Under the pieces are notes generated by a model. It was given only the letters and a program-made list of their open reading frames with translations. It had not been told where the DNA came from and ran no database searches. The position numbers and the translations under genes were made by a program. 64,000 nt of DNA from Saliphagus infecundisoli. GTDB taxonomy: Archaea; Halobacteriota; Halobacteria; Halobacteriales; Natrialbaceae. The DNA lies in the NCBI RefSeq assembly GCF_020177375.1, contig NZ_JAIWHV010000015.1, forward strand, positions 1 to 64,000, given 5' to 3'. Positions 51,719-62,294 of the stretch are shown one piece after another; within the stretch, counting starts at the first letter, position 1; each line of letters starts with the position of its first letter.

Positions 51719-53950
51719 TTATTCGATCGTCGCATAGATTGGCGAACTCCAGGCCATGCCACCATCTTCCTGAATGACCCGGGCGTAGTACGCATGTTCA
51801 CCGGACGACTGGTCCGAGAGATCGAACTCGAGTTCGACATCCGTCTCGGTGGCTTCACCAACGCGCCGAACAGCAAGTTGGACGCCGAGATACTCCTCGA
51901 TCTCGACGATCATCTCGTCATCGAGTTCATCGAGTTCGAACGTTTCGTCGAGGAAGGGCACGCTGAACGCCAGTTTGGCGTCGTCAGGCGCATCGAGATC
52001 GACTTTGATGCCAAGGTAGTTGCCCGAAATCGTGCTGTCCCACTCGATGGCGTTGCTCGAGACGCGAGTGATACCCTGATCTGGATGATCGAAGCCGAAT
52101 TCGGTCGCGTCGTTGATGATCCCCTTCGAGAGTGAGAGCGAGCCGTCGGCCTGGAGAACCTTGTGTCGGTTCTTTGAACGGGCACCGCTCCAGGTGAACT
52201 CGAGGAGGTCGTTTCCATCGGTGAGGTCGACGGAGTCGATCATCTCCGCACCGTCGAAGAGATCGATGCGCTTGATCGGCGAGGTTCCGTAGGCCTCGAC
52301 GGAGAACGGGGCGGCGGAATCGACCGTGACGTCCGCACCCATGTCGTTCCCGTCGAGGTCGACGTCGAGCAGCATTCGCTCGCCAGTCGTCCCGTACGCG
52401 CGTCGCTCCGAGAGCGACTCCCAGAGGGAATCTCGGTCTAACGCCTCCATTTTGGCACCCATCAGTCCGCCCTTCACGTTGAAATCGGCCGCCTGGAGGT
52501 TCGCCTTTTCGTCCACTTCGAACTGGCTGGTCGGCCGTGCAGCCCCGAGTCGGCCAGTGTGGTCGTCGCTTCCACAGCTGAAGCCGACCTTGTAGCCGCG
52601 CTCGATCGCTTCGTGGCCGAGCCACTCGAAGACGCCCCAGATGGAGTTGATCTCGACGAACGTCGTCAGATCGGTATCGATCGTGTCCGGATCGCGGAGC
52701 CGGGCGGGACGGCCACCCTGGTGTGGGAAGATCAGGACGTCATCGCGACCCTCGTAGTAGTCGTAGAGGTTTTCGATCGGGTAGACGCCCTCGTGTTTGT
52801 TGAATCCCTCACCGTCCTGCCAGCTCCCGCTGGCGACGAGTGGTTCGTCTACGTTCCGATAGTAGACGTTCTGGTCACCGCCGGAGACGGTGTTCGAAGA
52901 CCACTCGTTTGCCAGCAGCGTCACGTGCTCGCCGGGTTCGTGGTAGGCTTCGATCGCGTCTTTGATCTCCTCCCAATAGTCTTCGTCGACCTGGAAGTCG
53001 TTTGCACAATGGGAGCTAAAGTCGAGCATCCCCTCGTTGCGTGCGAATTGGAAATACTCGTCGATAGTGCCAGTACCGACGGTCTTCCCCGACTGGCCGT
53101 GAATATCACCCCAGTAGATCGAGTGTTCGCTCTCGGGATCACAGCGAAGCGGGTTTGACGTCTGACTCCAGTCGCGATCGGCGTCGCTTACGGTGACGCG
53201 GTGGACGCCTTCAGAGCTGAATTCGACCGGGATAAACGTGACCGGTCCATCGGCGTCGACGGTGCCGACGAAATCGGCCTCGTCGTCCGAGAGCTCGACC
53301 TCGAGCGTACTCGAGAAGTCGCGGGCGGTGTTTCCGAAGTAATCGAGTGCACGCACGACGATCTCGGTCTGTTCGCCGGGCTGAACCACCGACGGCGCAA
53401 ACACCTGTAGCGACGTCGGTTCGCCGGCGAAGATCTCGTACTCCAGTTCGTCGAGGGTGACGTAGTCGCCGGTTCCCTGCATGTCGATCTGGAACATGAA
53501 GTGGAACGCGGTTTCCGGAAACGACTGGATACGGTGGCCGGGGCTGCCCTCGGATCGATCACCGTACGTGATCGTGACTTCGTCGCCTTCCTCGAGGTAG
53601 CCGTCGTAGGTGTCGATAATGACGTTGTCGCCCCACGGTTTTGGATTCTGGTAGTAGCGGTCCCATCGTCCCTCGACGGTCGCCTCACCGGTGGTCGACA
53701 CCGTACAGTAGTTCGGTTCCTCGGGTTCGTCGAACTGTGGTCGCCCCCAGTCGCTGGTCTGGTTGGTCGAGACCTTCATTCTCGTCCCGTCGTCGAACCC
53801 GAACTGGCCGACAGTGTACGTGATGGTCCAGGTTTCGTAGGCCCCGGCGGTCACCTCGTCGGTCGAGATATCGACGGTTCCATAGTGCTTCTCGATTTCT
53901 TCTTCCGGTGTTTCTTCTTCGCCGAACAGCTCTTGTATACTTCCACTCAT
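51719..53950 (-). CDS. large PHP-like metal-dependent hydrolase domain protein (DUF3604-like)
   Basis: GDIHGQS and GSDDHTG His/Asp motifs. 743 aa, no signal peptide. Confidence 0.55.
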   Translation of the reverse strand: MSGSIQELFGEEETPEEEIEKHYGTVDISTDEVTAGAYETWTITYTVGQFGFDDGTRMKVSTNQTSDWGRPQFDEPEEPNYCTVSTTGEATVEGRWDRYYQNPKPWGDNVIIDTYDGYLEEGDEVTITYGDRSEGSPGHRIQSFPETAFHFMFQIDMQGTGDYVTLDELEYEIFAGEPTSLQVFAPSVVQPGEQTEIVVRALDYFGNTARDFSSTLEVELSDDEADFVGTVDADGPVTFIPVEFSSEGVHRVTVSDADRDWSQTSNPLRCDPESEHSIYWGDIHGQSGKTVGTGTIDEYFQFARNEGMLDFSSHCANDFQVDEDYWEEIKDAIEAYHEPGEHVTLLANEWSSNTVSGGDQNVYYRNVDEPLVASGSWQDGEGFNKHEGVYPIENLYDYYEGRDDVLIFPHQGGRPARLRDPDTIDTDLTTFVEINSIWGVFEWLGHEAIERGYKVGFSCGSDDHTGRLGAARPTSQFEVDEKANLQAADFNVKGGLMGAKMEALDRDSLWESLSERRAYGTTGERMLLDVDLDGNDMGADVTVDSAAPFSVEAYGTSPIKRIDLFDGAEMIDSVDLTDGNDLLEFTWSGARSKNRHKVLQADGSLSLSKGIINDATEFGFDHPDQGITRVSSNAIEWDSTISGNYLGIKVDLDAPDDAKLAFSVPFLDETFELDELDDEMIVEIEEYLGVQLAVRRVGEATETDVELEFDLSDQSSGEHAYYARVIQEDGGMAWSSPIYATIE

Positions 53951-54269
53951 TATCTTCTATTTCCGAATGTCCTTCCCGGACATTCCACTCGCTCGTGCCC
54001 GTCCCCTCATATTAAGCTTTCCACAACCGTCAACATAATCTCTCAATATGATGCGTATTACACCCTAAACCCGGATAGAACACCACATATTTGTTTTTAA
54101 TCGGCCTCGATCGAAATTGTTGGACGTCACTTATCTACCCGATTGGACGGAGTAGTGGTGTTATTATGGAATAAGGGGGATAAGAACACATATGATTACA
54201 AAGATTGACCGAATCTATATGATTCATGCCCTCACAACGTTTTTACGGGACATATGCCACTGATGATTC

Positions 54270-55472
54270 GTGCCAACAGATCGCACCCCCTGCGCTGACG
54301 AACGAACCGACTCATCAATTGCAGCTGAAGATCGAACCACGGAACACTCCGAATCAACGCGGGATGATTCTCCGCGCGGACTCCCCACGCGCCGGCAGTT
54401 CTTCGGAGCAGTAGGCGCCACCGGGATCGGACTCACGGCTGGCTGCACCAGCTCGATCACTGGCGGCAGTTCGGACGAAACGATCACTGTCGGATACCAG
54501 CAGTTCGGTACCCCCTACTGGTCCGAACTCCTCGTCAAGAACGGCGAACTCGCCGAGCAGTACCTTCCAGACGGATACTCAGTCGAATGGCAGACTGCAC
54601 TCCAGGGCTCGGTCATCGGGAACCGGATGGTGTCCGGAGAGAACGAAATCGGGTACAACGGCGATATGCCGACGATCATGGCGATCATCAATGAGGACAC
54701 CCCGATCTCGATGACCGGTCTCTCGGCCTGGTCGTGGGGCCAACAGTGCAACCTCGTCATCACTCCCACGGACCGAGATTTCGATGGTCCACAAGACCTC
54801 GACGGGATGAACGTCGGCATCACGACCGGATCGTGTACGCACCGGTTCTGGCTGGACGTCGAGGAGCGAGAAGGGATCTCCGCGGAGATCACCGATACGG
54901 ACATCAACACGATCCTTGCCGAGATCAGGGAAGGAAACCTTGACGCCGGACTGATGTGGGAACCGAATCCCAGCATGGCGGTCACCCAACAGGAGGAAGC
55001 GAACTGGTTCTTCACGGGTGCGAGGTACAACGACCCCGATATGGGTTCCGTCTCGATGACCGACGAGTTCATCGAGGAAAACGAGGACGCCGCAATCGCG
55101 TACATGAAAGCGGAGCTCGAGGCCAAACACATCTTCGAGGACGATCAAGAGCGAGCAGTTGAGCTCATCGGAGAGGAACCCGATCTCGAGGATTATGACG
55201 CAGAGACGATTGAAGCGTCCATCTACGAGCCTATCGACGCCAACGGGGAAGAGGTCAACAAGATGGAGTTCGCAACGGATATGCGTCAGATCGAACCGAT
55301 CGACGTCCACATCAAGGAGACGGCCGCGAACTTCCTCGTCGACCAAGGTGAAATCGAACGAGCGCCGGAAGAGGACGATTTCAACTGGGATGTCCTCGAC
55401 GCCGCGATCGAGGAACTGCAAGACGAAGGCGTCGACTGGGATCCGACTGACGAGGAGGTTACGACGGGATGA
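54270..55472 (+). CDS. ABC transporter substrate-binding lipoprotein, NMT1/SsuA (nitrate/sulfonate/taurine) family
   Basis: TRRQFFGAVGATG Tat motif, lipobox LTAGC. GTG start as listed in the ORF track; the true start is uncertain. Confidence 0.7.
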   Translation: MPTDRTPCADERTDSSIAAEDRTTEHSESTRDDSPRGLPTRRQFFGAVGATGIGLTAGCTSSITGGSSDETITVGYQQFGTPYWSELLVKNGELAEQYLPDGYSVEWQTALQGSVIGNRMVSGENEIGYNGDMPTIMAIINEDTPISMTGLSAWSWGQQCNLVITPTDRDFDGPQDLDGMNVGITTGSCTHRFWLDVEEREGISAEITDTDINTILAEIREGNLDAGLMWEPNPSMAVTQQEEANWFFTGARYNDPDMGSVSMTDEFIEENEDAAIAYMKAELEAKHIFEDDQERAVELIGEEPDLEDYDAETIEASIYEPIDANGEEVNKMEFATDMRQIEPIDVHIKETAANFLVDQGEIERAPEEDDFNWDVLDAAIEELQDEGVDWDPTDEEVTTG

Positions 55473-56311
55473 GCATTTCCGATTCAGTCGGCGAAAAATG
55501 GCTCGGGGTGTCCCAGCAGTTGCCATCGCTGCCGGCGCTGCCCCGGCCCGTCTACAAAGGCGCATCCATCCTGCTCTTTCTGGGGGCGTGGTGGCTGTTC
55601 GTCGCGATCGAGTTTCTCGGGTTTCGCTTGATACCGACCCCGGTCGAAACGATACGGGCACTCGTCGAGTCCATCCAAGGGGCCCCGCTCACCTCGGGCG
55701 GCCAGTCGTTGTATACCCACTCGTACTACACGATCATGCGCGTCGGACTCGGAATCGGACTCGGTATCTGTACCGCGATCCCGCTCGGGTTGCTGATCGG
55801 CTGGAGTAACGTGTTCGACAGATACCTCCTCCCCGCGTTCGAGGTCCTCCGACCGATTCCGCCCGTCGCATGGGTCCCGATCGCGCTGATCGGGTTCACG
55901 AGCGAGCTGATGAGCATCGTCTGGGTCGTCTTTGTCGGGGTCTTCTTCCCGATCCTGATCAACACGATCGACGGCGTCAAAGACATCGAGACCGATTACG
56001 TGCGTGCGATCTACAGTCTCGGCGGAAGCAGGATCGATCTCTTCAGACACGTCATTGTTCCATCGGCAATCTCGTCGATGGTCACGGGAACGGTGATCGG
56101 AATCGGAATCGGCTGGATCGCCGTCGTCGCTGCCGAAATGATCTCCGGAAACTACGGGGTTGGCTATGCGACATACCAGGCGTATCGCGTGATGGATACC
56201 CAGACCGTGGTCATCGGGATCATCATCCTCGGCGCCTACGGCGCGCTCTCGAGTGCGTTCGTCTCGCTGCTTGGGCGTCGACTGACTCCGTGGGAACGAC
56301 TTGAGAGCTAA
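55469..56311 (+). CDS. ABC transporter permease (SsuC-like)
   Basis: TM segments and an EAA-like loop. Confidence 0.85.
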   Translation: MSISDSVGEKWLGVSQQLPSLPALPRPVYKGASILLFLGAWWLFVAIEFLGFRLIPTPVETIRALVESIQGAPLTSGGQSLYTHSYYTIMRVGLGIGLGICTAIPLGLLIGWSNVFDRYLLPAFEVLRPIPPVAWVPIALIGFTSELMSIVWVVFVGVFFPILINTIDGVKDIETDYVRAIYSLGGSRIDLFRHVIVPSAISSMVTGTVIGIGIGWIAVVAAEMISGNYGVGYATYQAYRVMDTQTVVIGIIILGAYGALSSAFVSLLGRRLTPWERLES

Positions 56312-56488
56312 GACGATGTACACGCCAATTTCCCGGACACGCACGGGGTTGAACGCAAAATCGTCCGCCAGCCTCAGCCATCAACTGACTGCACAGTCCG
56401 TTTGCGAGCATGATGTGAGCGTCGGACCGGCAGAATCACGATGGAAACCGCCGGTATTGACCAGAACCATGACAGTCGAGTGTAAACG

Positions 56489-57310
56489 ATGACTGGACAA
56501 CAGCACGAAACGACGGAAGAAACCGGATCTACGGCCCAACAGGGATCGGTACTACTCGACGAGGTGACGAAGGTCTACGATCCGGACGGCGAACACGTCG
56601 TCGCCGTCGACGACGTGGATCTCAGGATCGACGCTGGTGAATTCATTACCGTGCTTGGCCCCTCAGGCTGTGGCAAGAGCACCCTGATGAACTGTATCGC
56701 AGGCTTTCTCGAACCGACATCCGGTCACGTCTACGTCGATGGCGATCGAGTTGAAGGCCCGTCGGAACGCCGCGGCGTCGTTTTTCAGGCAAACCGATTG
56801 CTCCCATGGAAGACGATCGAGGAAAACGTCAACCTCGGGCCAAAGATGCGTGGCGAACTCGTCGAGGGGCGCGCGAGCGAACTGCTCGCCGAGATGGGCA
56901 TCGAGGGGACGGAAGATCAGTACCCGACGGAGCTCTCCGGGGGGATGCAACAGCGAGCCGAAATCGCGCGCTTGCTCGCGAACGACCCGGATATCATGCT
57001 GATGGACGAGCCGTTCAGCGCGCTTGACGCGCTGACGAAGGAGATCATGCAAGAGATGCTCCTCGAGATCTGGGAAAAAGACAATAGAACGGTCGTCTTC
57101 ATCACGCACGACGTCTCCGAGGCGATATTCCTCGCCGATCGCGTCGTCGTCATGAGCGCCGCACCGGGTGAGGTAAAGGCCGACATCGAGGTCGACATCC
57201 CGCGGCCACGAAACCTGGACGTAACGACGACCGATCGGTTCAAAGAACTCGAACGGGAGGTCCTCGAACTGATCCACAGCGAAGCCAGAGAAGCCATGGG
57301 TGGCGCCTGA
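56489..57310 (+). CDS. ABC transporter ATP-binding protein (SsuB/TauB-like)
   Basis: Walker A GPSGCGKST, signature LSGGMQQR, Walker B LMDEPF. Confidence 0.85.
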   Translation: MTGQQHETTEETGSTAQQGSVLLDEVTKVYDPDGEHVVAVDDVDLRIDAGEFITVLGPSGCGKSTLMNCIAGFLEPTSGHVYVDGDRVEGPSERRGVVFQANRLLPWKTIEENVNLGPKMRGELVEGRASELLAEMGIEGTEDQYPTELSGGMQQRAEIARLLANDPDIMLMDEPFSALDALTKEIMQEMLLEIWEKDNRTVVFITHDVSEAIFLADRVVVMSAAPGEVKADIEVDIPRPRNLDVTTTDRFKELEREVLELIHSEAREAMGGA

Positions 57311-58089
57311 TGAGTGCCGTATCCGGCTTCAACCGCCTGTCGGTCCTCGAACACGCCAATGTCGTCGTCTCGATCCTCGGGCTCGTCTTCGTGTGGTGGC
57401 TCCTCGCCGTGAACGGGGCTATCAACAGTCTTCCAGGGCCTTTGCCCGCGGTCAACGCGATGGTTTCGATGCTCCCGACTGGAGAGTTTCACTCGTCCGT
57501 GATTGCCAGTCTGAGACACGTGTTCGTCCCATATCTGGCTGCAACCGCTCTCGCCGTCCCGCTCGGGGTCGCGATCGGTCTGAGCCTCACGTTCCGAGAT
57601 CTCGTCTTCCCATCGCTCGAAATGCTCCGACCGGTCCCGCCGATCGCGTGGATCCCCATCGCGATCCTCGTTCTGCCGACCACACTGGCGAGCATCATGT
57701 TCATCACGTTCATGGGTGCCTTCTTCCCGATTCTACTGAACACGATCCGAGGCGTCGAGCGGGTCGAACCGGATTACGTCAAGGCCGTTCAGTGCCTCGG
57801 CGGAACCAGGCGTGACGTGCTGCGACAGGCTATTCTCCCGGCGGCGTTGCCGTCGATTCACACCGGCCTCGTCATCGGGATGGGCCTCGCATGGGTCAAC
57901 CTGGTCGCAGCGGAGATGATCGCCGATGCCGGTCTCGGACGGCTCATCTGGGTCGCCTACACGACCGGGAACTATGCGAACATCGTCGCCGGCGTCATCT
58001 TCGTCGGACTCCTAGGATACGCCTCCTCAACCCTCGTTCGGTGGATTGGACAGCGACGGATGAGTTGGAACGTGGAGACGGCGTCATGA
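57310..58089 (+). CDS. second ABC transporter permease (SsuC-like)
   Basis: Paralog of the 55469 gene. Confidence 0.85.
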   Translation: MSAVSGFNRLSVLEHANVVVSILGLVFVWWLLAVNGAINSLPGPLPAVNAMVSMLPTGEFHSSVIASLRHVFVPYLAATALAVPLGVAIGLSLTFRDLVFPSLEMLRPVPPIAWIPIAILVLPTTLASIMFITFMGAFFPILLNTIRGVERVEPDYVKAVQCLGGTRRDVLRQAILPAALPSIHTGLVIGMGLAWVNLVAAEMIADAGLGRLIWVAYTTGNYANIVAGVIFVGLLGYASSTLVRWIGQRRMSWNVETAS

Positions 58090-58544
58090 GAACCGATGGC
58101 AAAATTCGCTCGACGGGACTCGTTTCTCCCACGGAATCCGGGGCGCTTCGACTGCTCACACGGGCTCGAGCCATACTCCCTCCGATCGCCTTTCTCGCAG
58201 TGACCACAGTATTGCTCTCGATGACCGAATCACTATCGGCGACCACGGGTTCCGTTCCACTGCCCAACGGATTCAGTGCCACAACTGATACAGCACCACT
58301 CGAGATTGCGGGCACATCGACACTCGCCGTCCTCGGATATGTCGACTTCGGTATCGCACATCTGTACGTGCCAGCAGAGTCACTTCTCATGGTCGTAGCT
58401 GGCATATTTCTGGTCTCTCGTGGACGGACTGGAACGGTCGCCGGTATCGCACTCGGTGGCTGTGCTGCTGGAACACTGGTCCTTGTCATGGGATGTCCAT
58501 GCGGATCCGGATCAGCAATGGCACTCCGGGCGCTCCTCTCTTGA
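58086..58544 (+). CDS. small hypothetical membrane protein, translationally coupled (ATGA overlap)
   Basis: Hydrophobic segments with a C-terminal CPCGSGS. Confidence 0.45.
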   Translation: MRTDGKIRSTGLVSPTESGALRLLTRARAILPPIAFLAVTTVLLSMTESLSATTGSVPLPNGFSATTDTAPLEIAGTSTLAVLGYVDFGIAHLYVPAESLLMVVAGIFLVSRGRTGTVAGIALGGCAAGTLVLVMGCPCGSGSAMALRALLS

Positions 58545-58629
58545 TATCGAATCCGTCTCTTTGACACCCTCTCCGCCCTGAACGGCGAGGCTTTGGGCCT
58601 GCTTCAACGTAGCGCCACACAGAACACGC

Positions 58630-59385
58630 TCATGAGATCCATGTCTTCCCTCTCGGATGTATATACAGAATTGTAATATCGCCTGCCTTGTCGCGAAGCC
58701 ACTCACGGGCGGCCATTCCCACCCGCTGTTTTTTCGTTTCGCTTTCTTCGCTCTCGGCGAGAGGGTCAGCAAAGAGATAATTGTTATTGGAGACGAGTAT
58801 AAAGAAGGTATCTACTGAATCTGGGAGCGAGTGGAGCTTTTCAAACTCTCCAAGAAGACTATTCTCGTCTGTATTCAGAATAGACTGGAGTTCTTCCAGA
58901 TCCATCTTCAATAGCTCATCACTATTCACGGAACATTTGGTTGGTGGATAGCACTTATTTTTGATGAATTTGATCCCGAACGCGGCACCAAGATCATCGT
59001 TACTAAACCGCTTTGACCCCGACCGAACCCATTCGACGGAGTTGTTCACTGTTCCGTTGAACACGATGATGTCGAATTTCGTTCTCTTCCCAACGCTCGC
59101 GTTAAGTCGGACCCGTTCGATTTCTCCCCGCTCTTGGAAGCGTTTCTCGACAACGTCTTTATACGACTGTTTGTATGACTTCGTGTCTCCAACAAGGCGT
59201 GGGTTCTGAACCGTAGCCATCTCTTCTCCACGTTCCGCTAACGTGTCGACTAACGAGTTGTATAGATGAACGCGGAGATCCGCCTCTGTTCCAAATTCAA
59301 TTGGATACTTAATGAATTCATCAGCAAGCTGCTCGACTATTCCCCCGTATTCAACACCCATCACTTCCATAAGTGGGAACGACAC
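58630..59385 (-). CDS. hypothetical protein in a low-GC islet (possible PD-(D/E)xK-like nuclease fold, unconfirmed)
   Basis: GC about 45% against a 65% background. KFDIIVFNG ... SVEWVRSGSK is suggestive only. Confidence 0.45.
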   Translation of the reverse strand: MSFPLMEVMGVEYGGIVEQLADEFIKYPIEFGTEADLRVHLYNSLVDTLAERGEEMATVQNPRLVGDTKSYKQSYKDVVEKRFQERGEIERVRLNASVGKRTKFDIIVFNGTVNNSVEWVRSGSKRFSNDDLGAAFGIKFIKNKCYPPTKCSVNSDELLKMDLEELQSILNTDENSLLGEFEKLHSLPDSVDTFFILVSNNNYLFADPLAESEESETKKQRVGMAAREWLRDKAGDITILYIHPRGKTWIS

Positions 59386-59542
59386 GATAACAGTTGGGGT
59401 GGAGGGTGTCGAGAAGATCTCCAGAAGCTCCAGTTCGAGTGTTTGGATGACTTCACCTATCGGTACCGGTATCTCACGTCTCCGTTCTGAGGACTCTATA
59501 GCTCAGCCATCCAGAGTGGAAGGGAACATGTCGGCAATCCGC

Positions 59543-61066
59543 CTATATAATAGAGCGAGAGGTAGTGACATCCACACTGTCAACTGCACTGACAGAGACA
59601 GTCTGTTGGTCGGCATCCTCATCGGTTTCGACCCGAACTGGGAACTCGACGTCTTGCTGCGTAGCGTACGTTTCATACCCCAGTGAAACGGTCTCTGTCT
59701 CTCCAGGGCCAATGGTCACAGATGTACTGTCTACCTGTTCGGGCTCCTCACCGACGATTAGCCGGACCTCCTGTGACGCTTCACTCTCTCCGGTGTTCTC
59801 GATCGGTGAGGTCACCTCCAAGTACTCACCGCCTTGAACGGGATCAGTTATCCCGAGAATCGTCACTTCGAGTGTTCCCTCTCCATTAGCAGGATCATCG
59901 CCTGCATCACCGACCACTTTGACCGTCTGTTCGTCGTCATCGCTGTCAGTCTCGACCCGAACCGGGAACTCGACATCCTGCTCAACCGGGTAGGTTTCGT
60001 AACCGAGAGTTATGGTTTGGGTCTCTTCAGGGCCAAGCGTGACAGAGGCGGCATCCAGTTGATCCTCTCCAACCACGAGTGCAATAGACTCGGTGACTTC
60101 CGTGTCCCCGGGATTTTCGATTTGAGCGGCTACTCCAAGGTATTCGCCTGCTTCAACCGGGTCGTTTGTAGCACTGATAGTTACGTCTACGATGGCCCCG
60201 TCAGCTTCGACTTCGATGAATGCATAGTCATACGGTGGACTGGAGTAGTACAACCAGTCTGCGTGGCCGCCTGATTCGACGAACTCGTACGTCTCTGTCC
60301 CAGTCGAATCGTGGTGGGGAATCGCAACTAGAGCTTGACTTGAACTGAGCGGTTCATCCAGTTCAATCTCAACGGTTTCATGGGATCCGGGGTCGAGATA
60401 CTCCGAGGCACCAACAACTGTTCTGCTCATAGACTCGTGCTGTAAATTCCACTCGTCGGCTGGTGGCGAGAGCATACTGTCCTCACTACCGTCGTAGACT
60501 GCGACGAATCCACCGTGAGAGAGCGAAACAGAATCGGCGATTACCAGCTCGCCGTCGGACGGTTGATCGGCGAATGTAATGCTGGCTTCTGGTCGTTCTC
60601 CTGTGTCATATTCGATACATCCTTCGATGGATTTCTCGATCGGATTATCTACATCGTGATCGATTTCGTCAGACGGAGACATCGGGTCTATGTCGGTCTC
60701 TTCAGAGAGCCGTACGTAGTCGATATAGAACAGCGTTTCAGATGAAACGTCAATGACCGTGGTGCCATCGTCTGAGAGCAGGTCACTACCGTAGTGATGA
60801 TTTGACGTATCCGTTGCACCGGATAGATGAGAGGCCTCAAGATGAACTCCTTCAAACTTTCCGGTGATCTCGACTTCGGCGCAACTGTGGAACTCGACGG
60901 GTGGCTCTTCGCCCGCCGCTTGTTCGTCTTCGTCAAGCTCAATCTGGACTGGTTGAACACTGCTAATTCCTGGAGCTGAGGTAATCACTCCCGTTTGGAT
61001 TCCCGTTCCAGCAGCAGCCGTCGTTGCACCCAGCAGCGTGAGTAGCTTGCGACGGTTTACTTTCAT
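59543..61066 (-). CDS. Tat-secreted protein with N-terminal domain and two tandem CARDB-like repeats
   Basis: NRRKLLTLLGATTAAAG signal. Two approximately 95-aa repeats share GYETY..QDVEFPVRVETD. Confidence 0.65.
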   Translation of the reverse strand: MKVNRRKLLTLLGATTAAAGTGIQTGVITSAPGISSVQPVQIELDEDEQAAGEEPPVEFHSCAEVEITGKFEGVHLEASHLSGATDTSNHHYGSDLLSDDGTTVIDVSSETLFYIDYVRLSEETDIDPMSPSDEIDHDVDNPIEKSIEGCIEYDTGERPEASITFADQPSDGELVIADSVSLSHGGFVAVYDGSEDSMLSPPADEWNLQHESMSRTVVGASEYLDPGSHETVEIELDEPLSSSQALVAIPHHDSTGTETYEFVESGGHADWLYYSSPPYDYAFIEVEADGAIVDVTISATNDPVEAGEYLGVAAQIENPGDTEVTESIALVVGEDQLDAASVTLGPEETQTITLGYETYPVEQDVEFPVRVETDSDDDEQTVKVVGDAGDDPANGEGTLEVTILGITDPVQGGEYLEVTSPIENTGESEASQEVRLIVGEEPEQVDSTSVTIGPGETETVSLGYETYATQQDVEFPVRVETDEDADQQTVSVSAVDSVDVTTSRSII

Positions 61067-61449
61067 TCCTATACTAAACTCTCTGTGAGTGTCGCGTCCA
61101 CCGTTTTTCAGTGGTACAATGCCACATACCAAGGCTTACAGTAGCAAATTATATAATATGTCTTCGCCACAGTAGTGACTATCATAAGTTGTTACCATAT
61201 ATTGCGAATCTCTATCATTTGAGAACCTTGGAAAGGTGCTTTCCCATCAATTATCAATGACGATCTGGCCGCATTCGAGTATGTTAGTGGGTTCGTGAGG
61301 AGCGTCTGGATCCTCGCTCGAGGGTCGGTGTGGGTCCGTGGACGGCCTCAGCCGTGGACGCCAGCTGTCTCCGGGGGAGCGTCGGTCAGTGCGGATCCGC
61401 CTGGGATCGCGGCGTCCGCAGGAAGAACGAGCCGGCGTGGGCGAGACGA

Positions 61450-61641
61450 CTAGGTGGGTGGATCACTCGCGATCTCGACATCGGTTCCGCCACATTCCGT
61501 ACACGTATCGTCCTGCCACGGTACGGATTGATGGATCAGTCGCGGTGCGTCACATTCGTTGCAGTATCCGTCTTTGGCTATCTTGGACATGGCCCCCACC
61601 ACTATCGTGTTATCTTCCGTGTCCGAAGCCCACGTCACCAA
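61450..61641 (-). CDS. small zinc-ribbon protein (CNEC ... CTEC)
   Basis: Two CxxC pairs. 63 aa or shorter. Confidence 0.35.
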   Translation of the reverse strand: MVTWASDTEDNTIVVGAMSKIAKDGYCNECDAPRLIHQSVPWQDDTCTECGGTDVEIASDPPT

Positions 61642-62045
61642 CTGACGTGGACGACAGAACTAATCTAGTGGGCCATACGCATAATTATTTGGACGTCAAT
61701 GGACATGACTGATCGATATTGTCCAACAGTCGTCGGAAGTGTCGAGGCTTCCGGTCGAGATCATAGCGATCGGAACTGCCTCGTTGGGTGGAGCCGGCTC
61801 GAGTGACAGAGACGCCACTCCGGTGGGTCGAATGACGATAGCGGCTTCTAACTACCAGCAGTTGTCAATACGTTTTAAGTTTGGTCTGCAAAGCTCCAGA
61901 GAGGATAAAAGGGGGAACTCGGAAAGCGGCCATCTCGAGATGGAGAGACGTCCTGCAGAGTGGCTGTCCGGGCCGGGCTGTGGGACATCACGTACGATCC
62001 AGGCGGGAATCGACCGTTCGAGGGGCTCGACGGAGAGAGGAGCCA

Positions 62046-62270
62046 ATGGACGAGTTGAGCGCGATCCAACGGGACCTCTTGGTCGTGCTCACGGGATTCG
62101 ATGGCCCCTCGGGCCAGCTGCTCAAAGCCGAACTCGAGGAGTACTACCAGACCGAACTGAACAATTCCCATCTCTATTCGAACCTCGAACGGCTCATCGA
62201 GGCAGGGTTCGTCGAGAAAGGCGAGCAGGACGGCCGGACGAACTTCTATTTCCCGGGAGAAAAGTGTTAG
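62046..62270 (+). CDS. PadR-like winged-helix transcriptional regulator
   Basis: LLVVLTGFDGPSGQLLKAELEEYYQTELNNSHLYSNLERLIEAGFVEK fits the PadR pattern. Confidence 0.5.
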   Translation: MDELSAIQRDLLVVLTGFDGPSGQLLKAELEEYYQTELNNSHLYSNLERLIEAGFVEKGEQDGRTNFYFPGEKC

Positions 62271-62294
62271 AATAGGAGGGGGCAATCACACCAT

